The position numbers and the translations under genes were made by a program. From an uncultured Nitrospinota bacterium (GTDB taxonomy: Bacteria; Tectomicrobia; Entotheonellia; J063; CAVPRW01), in assembly GCA_963707985.1 (NCBI GenBank), contig CAVPRW010000016.1, forward strand, positions 1 to 64,000: a stretch of 64,000 bases of DNA, read 5' to 3'. This document shows, in pieces, positions 55,183 to 64,000 of the stretch; position 1 is the first letter of the stretch; each line of letters begins with the position of its first letter. The notes beneath the pieces were generated by a model. It searched no databases. It was not told where the DNA came from and saw only the letters and a program-made list of their open reading frames with translations.

Positions 55183-55562
55183 TGCATAACTTCTGGAATG
55201 ACCTACACCTGCGACCGTGCCAACGGCCTCGCACGTCGCCGCTAATGCTGGCTTTTCATACACCCTGCCGGCGCTAACTGTCAATCGAATTCCACGACAA
55301 AGACAGCTGCCCATGCCCGCTCCCGCCGGGCACGGCCCTCTGATCCCTCCACCCTGTTTTCGATACCCTAATCATCATCTCACCATAAGATCGAAAGATT
55401 GGCTCATTGGCGATCCAGATCCACGGCTTGTTGGCCTACGTCTGCACAAAGCTGGTCATGTCATCCGCTTCCACCTACAGGCCTTGATTGATACGTGTTG
55501 TAGGTCAACAGTAGCACAGAATCGCCAGGCAAGCATGACATAGACATCACTACTTGACGGCT

Positions 55563-56060
55563 TTAGCGCCGTTCGAACCGGATCGACAGTCCTACCCTGG
55601 GCATTCGGATAAGATGAAATGGTTGTGTCAGCACTTGCGCCACCACGGCATCGGGCGGTGGCATTTGCACCTGATAGATGACGTGCACCTCAGTGTCCCC
55701 CGCTTCCACCTGCACGACTTCGACCTGGTAGCCGGCGGTGGGTTGCTGTCCTAGAAAGATCCCGACGACGAGCTCCGTAGCGAAATCAATCGGAGGGGGA
55801 GGGGGGCCCAGAGGGGCATGTTGCTGCCAGAGCTCCTGCCAGGCCGGCGCGGATTGAATCACGACCTCCTGTGGCGCGACAATGCCGCTCGCCGTCCCCT
55901 GTGCGATGGAGTGGAAGGCGATAGGCGCGTGACCGCTGCCGCCCTTCACCAGGCTGGCCATGCCTAGCCCGAGGGAGAGGGTAGCCGTGTAGCAGGCGCA
56001 GCGCAGTAGCTGCGCGACGATACTCCGTGTAGATGTACGTGCTTCGGTGCTCTTCATCAT
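55563..56060 (-). CDS. PrcB C-terminal-like exported protein
   Basis: IDFATELVVGIFLGQQPTAGYQVEV...QVLTQPFH. Confidence 0.75.
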   Translation of the reverse strand: MMKSTEARTSTRSIVAQLLRCACYTATLSLGLGMASLVKGGSGHAPIAFHSIAQGTASGIVAPQEVVIQSAPAWQELWQQHAPLGPPPPPIDFATELVVGIFLGQQPTAGYQVEVVQVEAGDTEVHVIYQVQMPPPDAVVAQVLTQPFHLIRMPRVGLSIRFERR

Positions 56061-56337
56061 GTCACCTCCGCTGGCTATTGACAGTCAGGCACCACAGGTG
56101 TTACACGCTATCCGCGAACACGTCTATATCGCAAGGTGTCATCCGCTGAAGCCGACCCTGCACGTTCGATCACTGGCATGACCGGACCCATCACAAGACG
56201 TCCACGTTTGCAGCCAGTCTAGTCGTGTGTCGCTATCTAGCGCGAAAGGAATACCACGGCTCACAAAGGACGTGACACCCGGTGCGTCCATCGAGTTGCA
56301 CGGGGCCGTGCAGACCGAAGCAGTTTCCTGCCGACCT

Positions 56338-56760
56338 CTACCACATGGCCAACACACAATACAGGCGCTCCAAGGCGTTCGCCGACCGGATCAGCAACGG
56401 CTCCAGCTGGAAGCCATTGGCCTGATCATCCAAGAAATTCTCTTCGATGTCAAAACGCCGTCCATACGCCTCAAACGTCTTTGACTCCGTGGGCTCATCG
56501 CTCACCACGAACCAGGATTCCTTACTGCTTATATGCCGCCCCAGGGCGAGGTATACGGGACCATAGGCCTGCTTGGTCATATAGACATGATGCCAGAAAA
56601 GCGCCTTCCCTGGCGACAAACGAATACGAGTTACTTTAGCACTGACGTTTCCCATCGCGATAGATGCAAAAACTCCCTTTGATACGAATGCGCCAGTACT
56701 AACCCAACTCCGTAAGATGTTTCATCAGATGCGTGTCTGCGAGGCCACGATCCGCAGCCA
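56338..56760 (-). mobile_element. IS4-family transposase fragment
   Basis: ADRGLAD, WFVVSDEPT, YGRRFDIEENFLD..NGFQLE; stop and frameshift. Confidence 0.75.
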
Positions 56761-57098
56761 CCGGTTGCGGGTGACAAAGTCCGTCTTCATGGGCGCTCAT
56801 CCCACTCCCTCGACATGAAAAAATCCCACACACTGCTGAGCTCGTTCATGTCATTGCCGCTGTTGGCCTCCCAGTTCGCTGTGATGAGAGGGGCTCTGGA
56901 CAGGGACCAACTGCGAGCCCGTCACCGACGGCAATGTGGGCGTCGGCCCCACACCCATGCCAACGTATAGGCCTCAGGAGCGGGGCACACATGGCGTCAG
57001 CTCTGTCCCTCAGGCATCGTCACACGCCAAGCCGCCCTGGGCACGTGTAAGCTCACAGGGCCCGGCCGATCCTTGGATTGGCATCACGGGAGTTCGAC

Positions 57099-57126
57099 TT
57101 GACAGTATGTGGCAAACTGTTATGCT
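57099..57126 (+). promoter_or_regulatory. Sigma70-type promoter
   Basis: TTGACA-16 nt-TATGCT with extended TG, 112 nt before the amidohydrolase. Confidence 0.5.
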
Positions 57127-57238
57127 GGCCGCGATGCTGTGGGGGTTCTGCTCACCACGGTCGTAGGGCCGTAGCAGATGGAGGAGACGACACAGTCAGC
57201 CCCCGGTAGACCTGGCGGGCAGGTGAAAGGATCGACCA

Positions 57239-58309
57239 ATGAAGAATGGGTCTTTTGTCCTCGATGCGCACACCGGTGCGTGGGATGCCAGTCCAGAGAA
57301 CACCAAGAATCGCTTCGGCGAAGCCTTCATCGAGACCTTCTACGCCTTCCACAAGGGCCTCAACCCGCCCGACCCCCGCTGGACGATGGACTACGAGACA
57401 CAGTTCCGCAAGGTCGACCCGGACTGGTTTCTCGAGGAAATGTTCGTCAAGGGTGATGCCGATATGGCGATCCTGTCGACCCAGGTGCTGATGGACTTCT
57501 ACCACCAGGGGTTCGTGACGGCCGACAGCAATGCGCGCCTACGTGCCCGCGTCCCGGAGCGGTTGATCTCCCTCGGCGGTATTGACCCGCGGGACCCGCG
57601 GGCCCTCGAGGAGGTCGAGCGCCAGATTCAGGACTGCGAGGTCCAGGGCTTCAAGTGGTACACCGCCGAGTGGCGCGGCCCGTCGCGCGGCTGGAGCGCC
57701 AATGACCCGATGGTCTTCCCCCTGTATGAGAAGTGCCTCGCGCTCGGGGTGAAGAACATGCACTTTCACAAGGGACCGGCCGTCGAGCCGCTGTCGCTGG
57801 CAAAGTTCGACGTTCGCGACATCGACGAGCCCGCCTGGTTGTACCCAGAGCTCAACTTCATCATCGACCACATCGGCCTGCCGCGGCTCGACGACTTCTG
57901 CTGGATCGCCGCGCGCTGCCCGAACGTCTACGGTTCGCTCGCGGTGGCACTGGCGTTCATTCACAACCGCCCGCGCTACTTTGCCGAGATCATGGCCAAC
58001 CTGCTCTTCTGGCTCGGACCGGACCGGATCATCTATGGGACCGACTTTCCGATTTGGTACCCGCATTGGCAGCTCGACGAGTTGATGGCGTTCCAGCTCC
58101 CAGAGGACCTGAAACAGGAGTATGGCGTCGACCTCACCGACGAGGTCAAGCAGAAGATCCTCGGCGGCAATATCGCTCGACTGTATGGCATTGACATCCC
58201 GTCCAAGCTGAAAGCTGTCGAGCACGACGAGTGGTCCCAGCGCAAGCGCGCCTACGAGGCCTCGAAGCCCGCCACCGACACGGGCGTGGCCGGGACGGTG
58301 GCGCGATGA
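57239..58309 (+). CDS. Amidohydrolase_2-family protein
   Basis: DAHT, KWYTAEW, HFHKGP, DHIGLPR, YGTDF; resembles the amidohydrolase found next to propane monooxygenase genes. Confidence 0.88.
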   Translation: MKNGSFVLDAHTGAWDASPENTKNRFGEAFIETFYAFHKGLNPPDPRWTMDYETQFRKVDPDWFLEEMFVKGDADMAILSTQVLMDFYHQGFVTADSNARLRARVPERLISLGGIDPRDPRALEEVERQIQDCEVQGFKWYTAEWRGPSRGWSANDPMVFPLYEKCLALGVKNMHFHKGPAVEPLSLAKFDVRDIDEPAWLYPELNFIIDHIGLPRLDDFCWIAARCPNVYGSLAVALAFIHNRPRYFAEIMANLLFWLGPDRIIYGTDFPIWYPHWQLDELMAFQLPEDLKQEYGVDLTDEVKQKILGGNIARLYGIDIPSKLKAVEHDEWSQRKRAYEASKPATDTGVAGTVAR

Positions 58310-58605
58310 CGATCGACATGGCTGCGGTCCGCGAGGCGGCTGGGTCGGCGCGCGACCCGGAGGTCCGTCGCTCGATTGCCGAGCTGGGTCTGCTCGATGA
58401 CGTGCAGGTCGAGGGGCATCACGTCACCGTTTCTTTCCACCTGACGTCGCCGCTGTGTCCATCCGTCTTCGCGGTCCGCATCGGGCAGGATATCAGACGG
58501 CGAGTGCGAGCGGTGCCTGGCGTGGAATCGTGTGCGGTGGTGCTCCGTGATCACTTCCTGCGCGACACGCTCCAACAGCGCATCAACGCCCGAGGCCACC
58601 GATGA
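58306..58605 (+). CDS. DUF59 metal-sulfur cluster assembly protein
   Basis: RDPEVRRSIAELGL...LTSPLCP; ATGA overlap. Confidence 0.85.
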   Translation: MTIDMAAVREAAGSARDPEVRRSIAELGLLDDVQVEGHHVTVSFHLTSPLCPSVFAVRIGQDIRRRVRAVPGVESCAVVLRDHFLRDTLQQRINARGHR

Positions 58606-59459
58606 GCGCCGCAGACGTCCTGGCCGGACGGCGCGAGCGCGCATTGCTCGCGTGGCCATCGGTTCGCCGGATGGCTGAGCTGCTGGCGGCGCGCTGCCGC
58701 GAGCCCTCGTGGGTACGGACATCGGTCGCGAGCCTCGAACGCTTTCGGACGCTGACCGGGCACCACGATCTCGAGGCACTGCTGGAACGGGCACGCACCG
58801 AACCGGCGGCGGCCGAACGTGCCCTCGGCGCCTTTGCCTCGGCCCTCACCGGCGCGACCGCAAGCCAGGTCGCCGGTCTCGCGATGGGGCCCAAGATCTG
58901 GTTCCGGGTGAACAGCGTCATGGTGCCCTGGCGGCCCTTGCCTGGCGTGCCTGCGCCACCACCTTTGACGGGTGCTGAGCCTGCTGCGCTGGACCGCCTC
59001 GTGCTGCTGGCCCTGATCGGGAGTGGCCTGCACCTGGCCGAACTACTCAGGCTGCGAGTCGGCAATGTTGGCTCGCTGGACATGGCTGGGCGCGTTATCC
59101 CAGAGATTGACGCGGAACCCTGGGCGGTGCAGCACACGCCGCGCCGCGGGCGGGCGGGCGAGCGCCTCACCTTCTTAACCTATCAGGCCCGGCAGGTGCT
59201 GCTGGCGGATTTGACCCGGCGTGCCACCGCCGGACAGCCCATTGGTCGTGAGGCCCCGCTGCTGGTCCAGGGCGATGGCTCGGCGGCGACGCGGGCCAGT
59301 GTGGCCCGCGCGCGACGCCTGAACGCGGCACTCATCCGGTCGGCCAACGCCATCAACGTCGAGCTCTGCCGAACCACCGGCGACTTCTTCCGCGCCTGGG
59401 GGCTCCCTGGGTCGCGATTCGTCGGGCCAGAGGAGCTGGACATCGAGGTGTACCCATGA
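58602..59459 (+). CDS. Degenerate tyrosine-recombinase-like protein
   Basis: DRLVLLALIGSGLHLAELLRLRVGNV (Box I with His in place of Arg); no HxxR or catalytic Tyr; ATGA overlaps on both sides. Confidence 0.6.
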   Translation: MSAADVLAGRRERALLAWPSVRRMAELLAARCREPSWVRTSVASLERFRTLTGHHDLEALLERARTEPAAAERALGAFASALTGATASQVAGLAMGPKIWFRVNSVMVPWRPLPGVPAPPPLTGAEPAALDRLVLLALIGSGLHLAELLRLRVGNVGSLDMAGRVIPEIDAEPWAVQHTPRRGRAGERLTFLTYQARQVLLADLTRRATAGQPIGREAPLLVQGDGSAATRASVARARRLNAALIRSANAINVELCRTTGDFFRAWGLPGSRFVGPEELDIEVYP

Positions 59460-60482
59460 AAGCTGTCCGCCTGCACCGATACGACGAGCGTCCGGTGGTC
59501 GACGAGGTACCCGAGCCAACGCTCACCGGTCCGCATGACGTCATTGTGCGGATAGGTGGGGCCGGCCTCTGCCGCACGGACCTGCACATCATCGAAGGGC
59601 AGTGGCAGGAGAAGACCGGCATCACCCTTCCATATACCTTAGGTCATGAGAACGCCGGCTGGGTCCACGCCGTGGGATTCCGCGGTAGACCATGTCGCCG
59701 TGGGCGAGACAGTGATCGTCCACCCGCTCATCACCTGTGGTGTCTGCCGCGCCTGCCGAGCCGGCGATGATATGCATTGCGTGCGATCGGCTTTTCCCGG
59801 TATCTCGATCGATGGCGGTTTCGCCGAGTTCCTGAAGACCGGCGCACGGGCCGTGGTCAGGCTAGACCCCAGCCTGGCCCCCAAGGACGTCGCGGCGCTC
59901 GCCGACGCTGGTCTGACCGCCTATCACGCCGTCAAGAAGGCAGCGCCCCGGCTGTATCCGGGGTCAAGAGCCGTCGTCATCGGTGCTGGCGGACTGGGCC
60001 ACATTGGGATTCAGTGTCTCAAAGCGCTGACGCCCGCCGAGATCATCGTCGTCGATCGCTCCCAGGCGGCTCTCGATCTGGCGCGCACCTGGGGGGCAGA
60101 TCATACGGTTCTGGTCGATGGCACCCAGGTGTCACAGGTCAAGGAGCTGACGGATGGACGCGGGGCCGAGGCGGTGATCGACTTTGTGGGTGAGGGGGGC
60201 GCGATCGAGGATGGTCTCGCGCTGCTGCGCCGCGCTGGCAGCTACTATAGCATCGGCTACGGCGGCACACTCGTCGTCCCCACGATCGATATCATCGCGA
60301 CCGAGGTCAGCTTCGTCGGCAATCTGGTCGGCACCTACAACGACTTGGTCGAGCTGATGACGCTAGCCGCCCAAGGCAAAGTCGCCCTGCATACGGCCAC
60401 CTATGCGCTTGAGGCCGTGAACGATGCGATCAGCGATCTTGAAAGCGGTCGCCTACGAGGCCGGGGGATCCTCATCCCCTGA
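59456..60482 (+). CDS. Zinc-dependent alcohol dehydrogenase, one frameshift near 59678
   Basis: CRTDLH, GHENAG, CGVCRAC...[16 protein letters not shown]. Confidence 0.9.
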
Positions 60483-60562
60483 GGCGTGTCAACCCGTCCT
60501 TCCAAGCTGTTTCACCACGCAGGGAGCTTCTAGCTCACTCGAACTGGCCGCCTGCACGCATA

Positions 60563-60830
60563 GGGCTGATCAGCGGGGGTCACGTGCCCATGCCGGGTGA
60601 GGTGTCGCTGACCCACCATGGTGTGCTCTTTCTGGATGAACTCCCTGAGTTCCGCCGCCATGTCCTGGAGGTTTTGCGGCAACCGCTGGAGCAATACTTC
60701 GGACAGTAAACAGAAATTCATCAGAGATGGAATGTAAAATTGTGCCCATCTCGCTGTTGGCCCAACACGGCATGCGCTTCATAGATGAACTACCGAAGTT
60801 CCGACGCCATGTCGTGGAAGCGTTCTACCA
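60563..60830 (+). pseudogene. Two tandem fragments of comM/YifB ATPase
   Basis: [43 protein letters not shown] (60563-60691) and degenerate ISLLAQHGMRFIDELPKFRRHVVEAF. Confidence 0.75.
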
Positions 60831-60902
60831 CATGCTTCAAACTCTCTCTGGCACTCACTACCCTTCAGATCTGGATGCGATAGTGATGAAGGAGGTACAG
60901 TC

Positions 60903-62852
60903 ATGTTGTTCAGGCATAGAGTCCGGTCAGGCTCCGTGCGTTGCTATCTATTGTTTGCAGTGGATGGCACCTTTCAACCCGTCCAAGTAGCCGACAGTGC
61001 TCGTCAACTCATCCAGGCAGCCTCGAATCTAGCCCAAGGGTGGACTGGTGAGCCAGTGGAAACGTTGGCCGTCAATGCCCAGACACGACATCTTTGGCGA
61101 TGGCACGATGGTACGCCCTTCCCCCTTTCCCGCCTAGCAGAGGCTGGCATTCATCTCTTCATGAATACGGCTTTCCTACTCTCAGATCCGCCGCCCATTG
61201 AAGCCTTGATTCAGCGGGCGCTGGCGCAAAACGTCGCATGGTGTGGCACTCAGAGCGACCACGATACACATGCGTTGGCGTTTACGGTCAGATGGTTGGG
61301 GGGCCGCTTAGGGTCTCGACGGCTATGGCAGGCCCTAACATATCTCACGGCTTGTATTGATGACGACCTTGAAGAGGAGTGGAGCACCCTCACGAAGAGC
61401 CCCTTTATCGCCGTGAGGCCATCGGGCGTCGAGAATTCTCCTGCCATGCGCCAGGTGAGGGATGCCACGTGTAGACGTCGGGCTGATTCGCCGCGATTTT
61501 TGAACACTGCATTCAAGGAGGTCGTTTCTAAACCGCAGAGTCGTGCCCCCATCGGAAGCGATCCAAGCCGTATGGCCGAGGCGCTGACCATACAACGTGA
61601 GGCGTCACAGGTCCCCTGGGTCTTCAACACGCTGCTCAACGATATCGAGTATCGATTGGGGACGATACTACCCAGGAGTTTCCCGCCGGAGGTTCACTTA
61701 TCGATGACGGGGCGTTGTAACATCGAGTGTCGCTTCTGCGGCTACACACACGATGTCGGACGATCGAAGTTCGTGGAGCCTTTACAGGTGGCGAGGATGG
61801 ATTTCCTCCGTCATGCGCAGACATTGCGGCTGAACAGCGGGCTGGGAGAACCGACCCTCAACAAGGACCTCCCGGCCATCATTACCTATGTCGCCGCGCA
61901 GTATCCTCACCTGGGGATGAATTTTTTCACCAATGGCCTAGCTCTGCATCGCCCCAGCGTCATCGACGCGATGGTTGGGAATGTGCGCTGGATCAATGTC
62001 TCATTGAATGCGGCGACTCGAGAATCCTGGAAAGAGGTGTGTAAAAGCGACCAGTTCGAACGAGTCTGCGGTAACCTGCGTACGCTGCATGAAGTAAAGC
62101 GAGCGCGGCGCTCGCTCTGGCCGCTGGTGTGTGGATCGATGGTCCTGACCCGGGCTAGTCTGAACGACCTGCCGCACATGCCAGCGCTGTGTCGTGAGTT
62201 GGGGATCGATCGCTTCACGTCCTTCCCGTATTTTGGACTGGGCTATCAGCATCCTGAAAAATACCAGGCAGAGATGACCCTGGCCACCTGCCGCGACCAG
62301 TACGACGAGCTGTATTTGGAAACGGTGCGCGAGGCCGAGGCCCACCACGTGTCTCTCGAAATCCCCTCTCCGAGCGATCAGGTGCGGATTGCCTTCGGCT
62401 TAGAAGTGCGAGCGTTCTACGATTTCGCGCGCATTGAGACCAACGAGTGGACGCTGGGGCGCTTTCTGAATGGGCTGCAGTTCGACAAACCCGTCGGGGA
62501 ACATTGCCATTTTCTGTGGCGGCAAGGCGCCATCGGAAGTACGAACAATGCGGGTCATACAACAGATGAAACGCATTATATGTATCCCTGTCTGGGACCG
62601 CTCTCCGCTGTCGACCTCTCCCGTACAACCCCCTTTCGCTTTCCCGATTCGAAAGGCTTTATGGCGCTGTGGCAAGGGCGATTGTTCTCGCATCTGCGCC
62701 AGGCTCAACATCGACAAGGTGTGTGTGAGGTCTGTGATGTCTGCCGGCAGAATGATACGCGTGATCCCAAAGAGTTTGCTCGCCTGGAAAATCTTGTTGG
62801 CCGGTTTTCCGAGCAGTTTAGCGAGATCGCAGGTGAAGGTCAGGGGAGCTAG
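60903..62852 (+). CDS. Radical SAM protein with N-terminal extension and SPASM-like C terminus
   Basis: CNIECRFC, GLGEP, FTNG, VSLNA; CHFLW...YPC...CEVCDVC. Confidence 0.85.
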   Translation: MLFRHRVRSGSVRCYLLFAVDGTFQPVQVADSARQLIQAASNLAQGWTGEPVETLAVNAQTRHLWRWHDGTPFPLSRLAEAGIHLFMNTAFLLSDPPPIEALIQRALAQNVAWCGTQSDHDTHALAFTVRWLGGRLGSRRLWQALTYLTACIDDDLEEEWSTLTKSPFIAVRPSGVENSPAMRQVRDATCRRRADSPRFLNTAFKEVVSKPQSRAPIGSDPSRMAEALTIQREASQVPWVFNTLLNDIEYRLGTILPRSFPPEVHLSMTGRCNIECRFCGYTHDVGRSKFVEPLQVARMDFLRHAQTLRLNSGLGEPTLNKDLPAIITYVAAQYPHLGMNFFTNGLALHRPSVIDAMVGNVRWINVSLNAATRESWKEVCKSDQFERVCGNLRTLHEVKRARRSLWPLVCGSMVLTRASLNDLPHMPALCRELGIDRFTSFPYFGLGYQHPEKYQAEMTLATCRDQYDELYLETVREAEAHHVSLEIPSPSDQVRIAFGLEVRAFYDFARIETNEWTLGRFLNGLQFDKPVGEHCHFLWRQGAIGSTNNAGHTTDETHYMYPCLGPLSAVDLSRTTPFRFPDSKGFMALWQGRLFSHLRQAQHRQGVCEVCDVCRQNDTRDPKEFARLENLVGRFSEQFSEIAGEGQGS

Positions 62853-62885
62853 GTGGAGTATGGGTTAGGGCGAGCAGCCCTGTGG

Positions 62886-64000
62886 CTACAGTAAGGGGAT
62901 CTCCAAATATCGATGGAAGGCATCTTCGCGCTCGGCCAGGCCCACTCGTTCGAGGGCCAGACCAAACGCTTCAAGCGTAGCTTGCAGGACATGATCGCTA
63001 TGCGCGTAGCTCGGGAGCATGACACCGTTATAGGTAATCACACCTGCCTTGAACAGTTCTTGCTGACACAGCGTCCGTTTCAGCCGGAGACGCTCCGCAT
63101 CAGGCTCATTGAAGGATAGTGCCATACGGAATGGCGGCCCTACACACGCGGCAGCGATGCCCAATTGCTGGCACAGGCGGTTAATTCCCTGCTGGAGCCT
63201 AGCGCCATAGTCCCATACGTACTCCGCCACCGGTTCATTGCGATAAATGTGCATGGCGGCTTTAGCTGCGGCGAATGAATAGATCTCCCCGCGAAAGGTA
63301 GGACCATAGTGGGTATTGTGCATACTTCGTTGAAAGATATGCGCACGCCCAACTAAAGCCGAAAGTGGCATGCCAGCGCTGAGCGCCTTGCCTAAGCAGG
63401 TCAGATCAGGGATCACTCCGGTCGCCCGTTGCACGCTGCTGGAAGGATAGCGGTAGCCGGTGATGATTTCATCGTAGATCAATAACGCCCCTGCCTCCTT
63501 GGCAGCTTGCGCAATCGCTGCCAGGAAATCCCGATCTGCATCTTGGACGGGCCCCTGGATGCTCTCACCAGGGCCAGACGGCTCCAACATCACTGCTGCC
63601 AAATCGTCCCGATGCTGCTGATAGAGTCGCACAAAATCACCTAAGTTGTTGAACTTGAAGTGATGGATCAAGCGCTCCGGGCGGTCGGGCACGCCGCTAG
63701 CGGCGAAACCCGCCTGCTCAGCCCAGAAATCTTGCCAGCCGTGATAGCCGCTATAGAGAATGGTTTTCTTGCCGGTAAACACCCGCGCCAGGCGGGCCGC
63801 CACCGTGCAGACGTCGGAGCCATTCTTACCGAACACGACCATCTCAGCACAGGGAATATCCTCGGTGAGCATGTGAGCCACTTCGATTTCGAGGGGATGA
63901 GGGAACGGTACCACCGCCGCCGAGTCTAGCACCTCCCGGATAGCTTTCTGGACGCGCTCATCGGCATAGCCCAGCAAGGCACACCCCCAGCCCATGATGT
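62886..64000 (-). CDS. Class III aminotransferase (glutamate-1-semialdehyde aminomutase-like), 5' end outside the window
   Basis: FGKNGSD, GYHGW, YDEIITGYR, PDLTCLGKALSAG. Confidence 0.88.
   Translation of the reverse strand, partial: IMGWGCALLGYADERVQKAIREVLDSAAVVPFPHPLEIEVAHMLTEDIPCAEMVVFGKNGSDVCTVAARLARVFTGKKTILYSGYHGWQDFWAEQAGFAASGVPDRPERLIHHFKFNNLGDFVRLYQQHRDDLAAVMLEPSGPGESIQGPVQDADRDFLAAIAQAAKEAGALLIYDEIITGYRYPSSSVQRATGVIPDLTCLGKALSAGMPLSALVGRAHIFQRSMHNTHYGPTFRGEIYSFAAAKAAMHIYRNEPVAEYVWDYGARLQQGINRLCQQLGIAAACVGPPFRMALSFNEPDAERLRLKRTLCQQELFKAGVITYNGVMLPSYAHSDHVLQATLEAFGLALERVGLAEREDAFHRYLEIPLL

Noticed and set aside
57110..57125. Sigma54 promoter TGGCAAACTGTTATGC
   Set aside because: GG-GC spacing is 11 rather than 10; the sigma70 reading fits better
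58602..59459. Active integrase marking a mobile element
   Set aside because: Catalytic residues missing and the gene is translationally coupled within a metabolic operon

Overview
High-GC bacterial window; gene content resembles Candidatus Tectomicrobia/Entotheonella-like soil bacteria (inference only). 1-30 kb is accessory and partly decayed. It holds an IS1634-family element with inverted repeats and a target duplication, an integron attC-like site, an intact 1153-aa TOPRIM-STAND NTPase-TPR protein (candidate undescribed antiviral STAND) downstream of a deleted DUF499 ATPase, a divergent XPB-N-terminal/zinc-finger/membrane protein, a catechol 2,3-dioxygenase/ferredoxin/HpaB-type monooxygenase cluster and about nine toxin-antitoxin-like modules. 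It also has two paralogous sigma54-activator-HTH-cyclase-like-STAND-TPR genes, each divergent from a -24/-12 promoter preceding a secreted-protein gene. 30-56 kb is mostly housekeeping (Mo enzymes, argJ, ilvA, birA, ubiB-like, gdh, pcm, pduO, sod, rpsB without tsf, prkA-yeaH, hpt, MaoC pair). 56-64 kb has an IS4 remnant, an amidohydrolase-DUF59-degenerate integrase-ADH operon, comM fragments, a radical SAM gene and a partial class III aminotransferase. Many single-base frameshifts, including in birA and prkA, suggest sequencing error on top of real decay, so pseudogene calls are provisional. All family calls are from motif recognition by eye; no searches were run.
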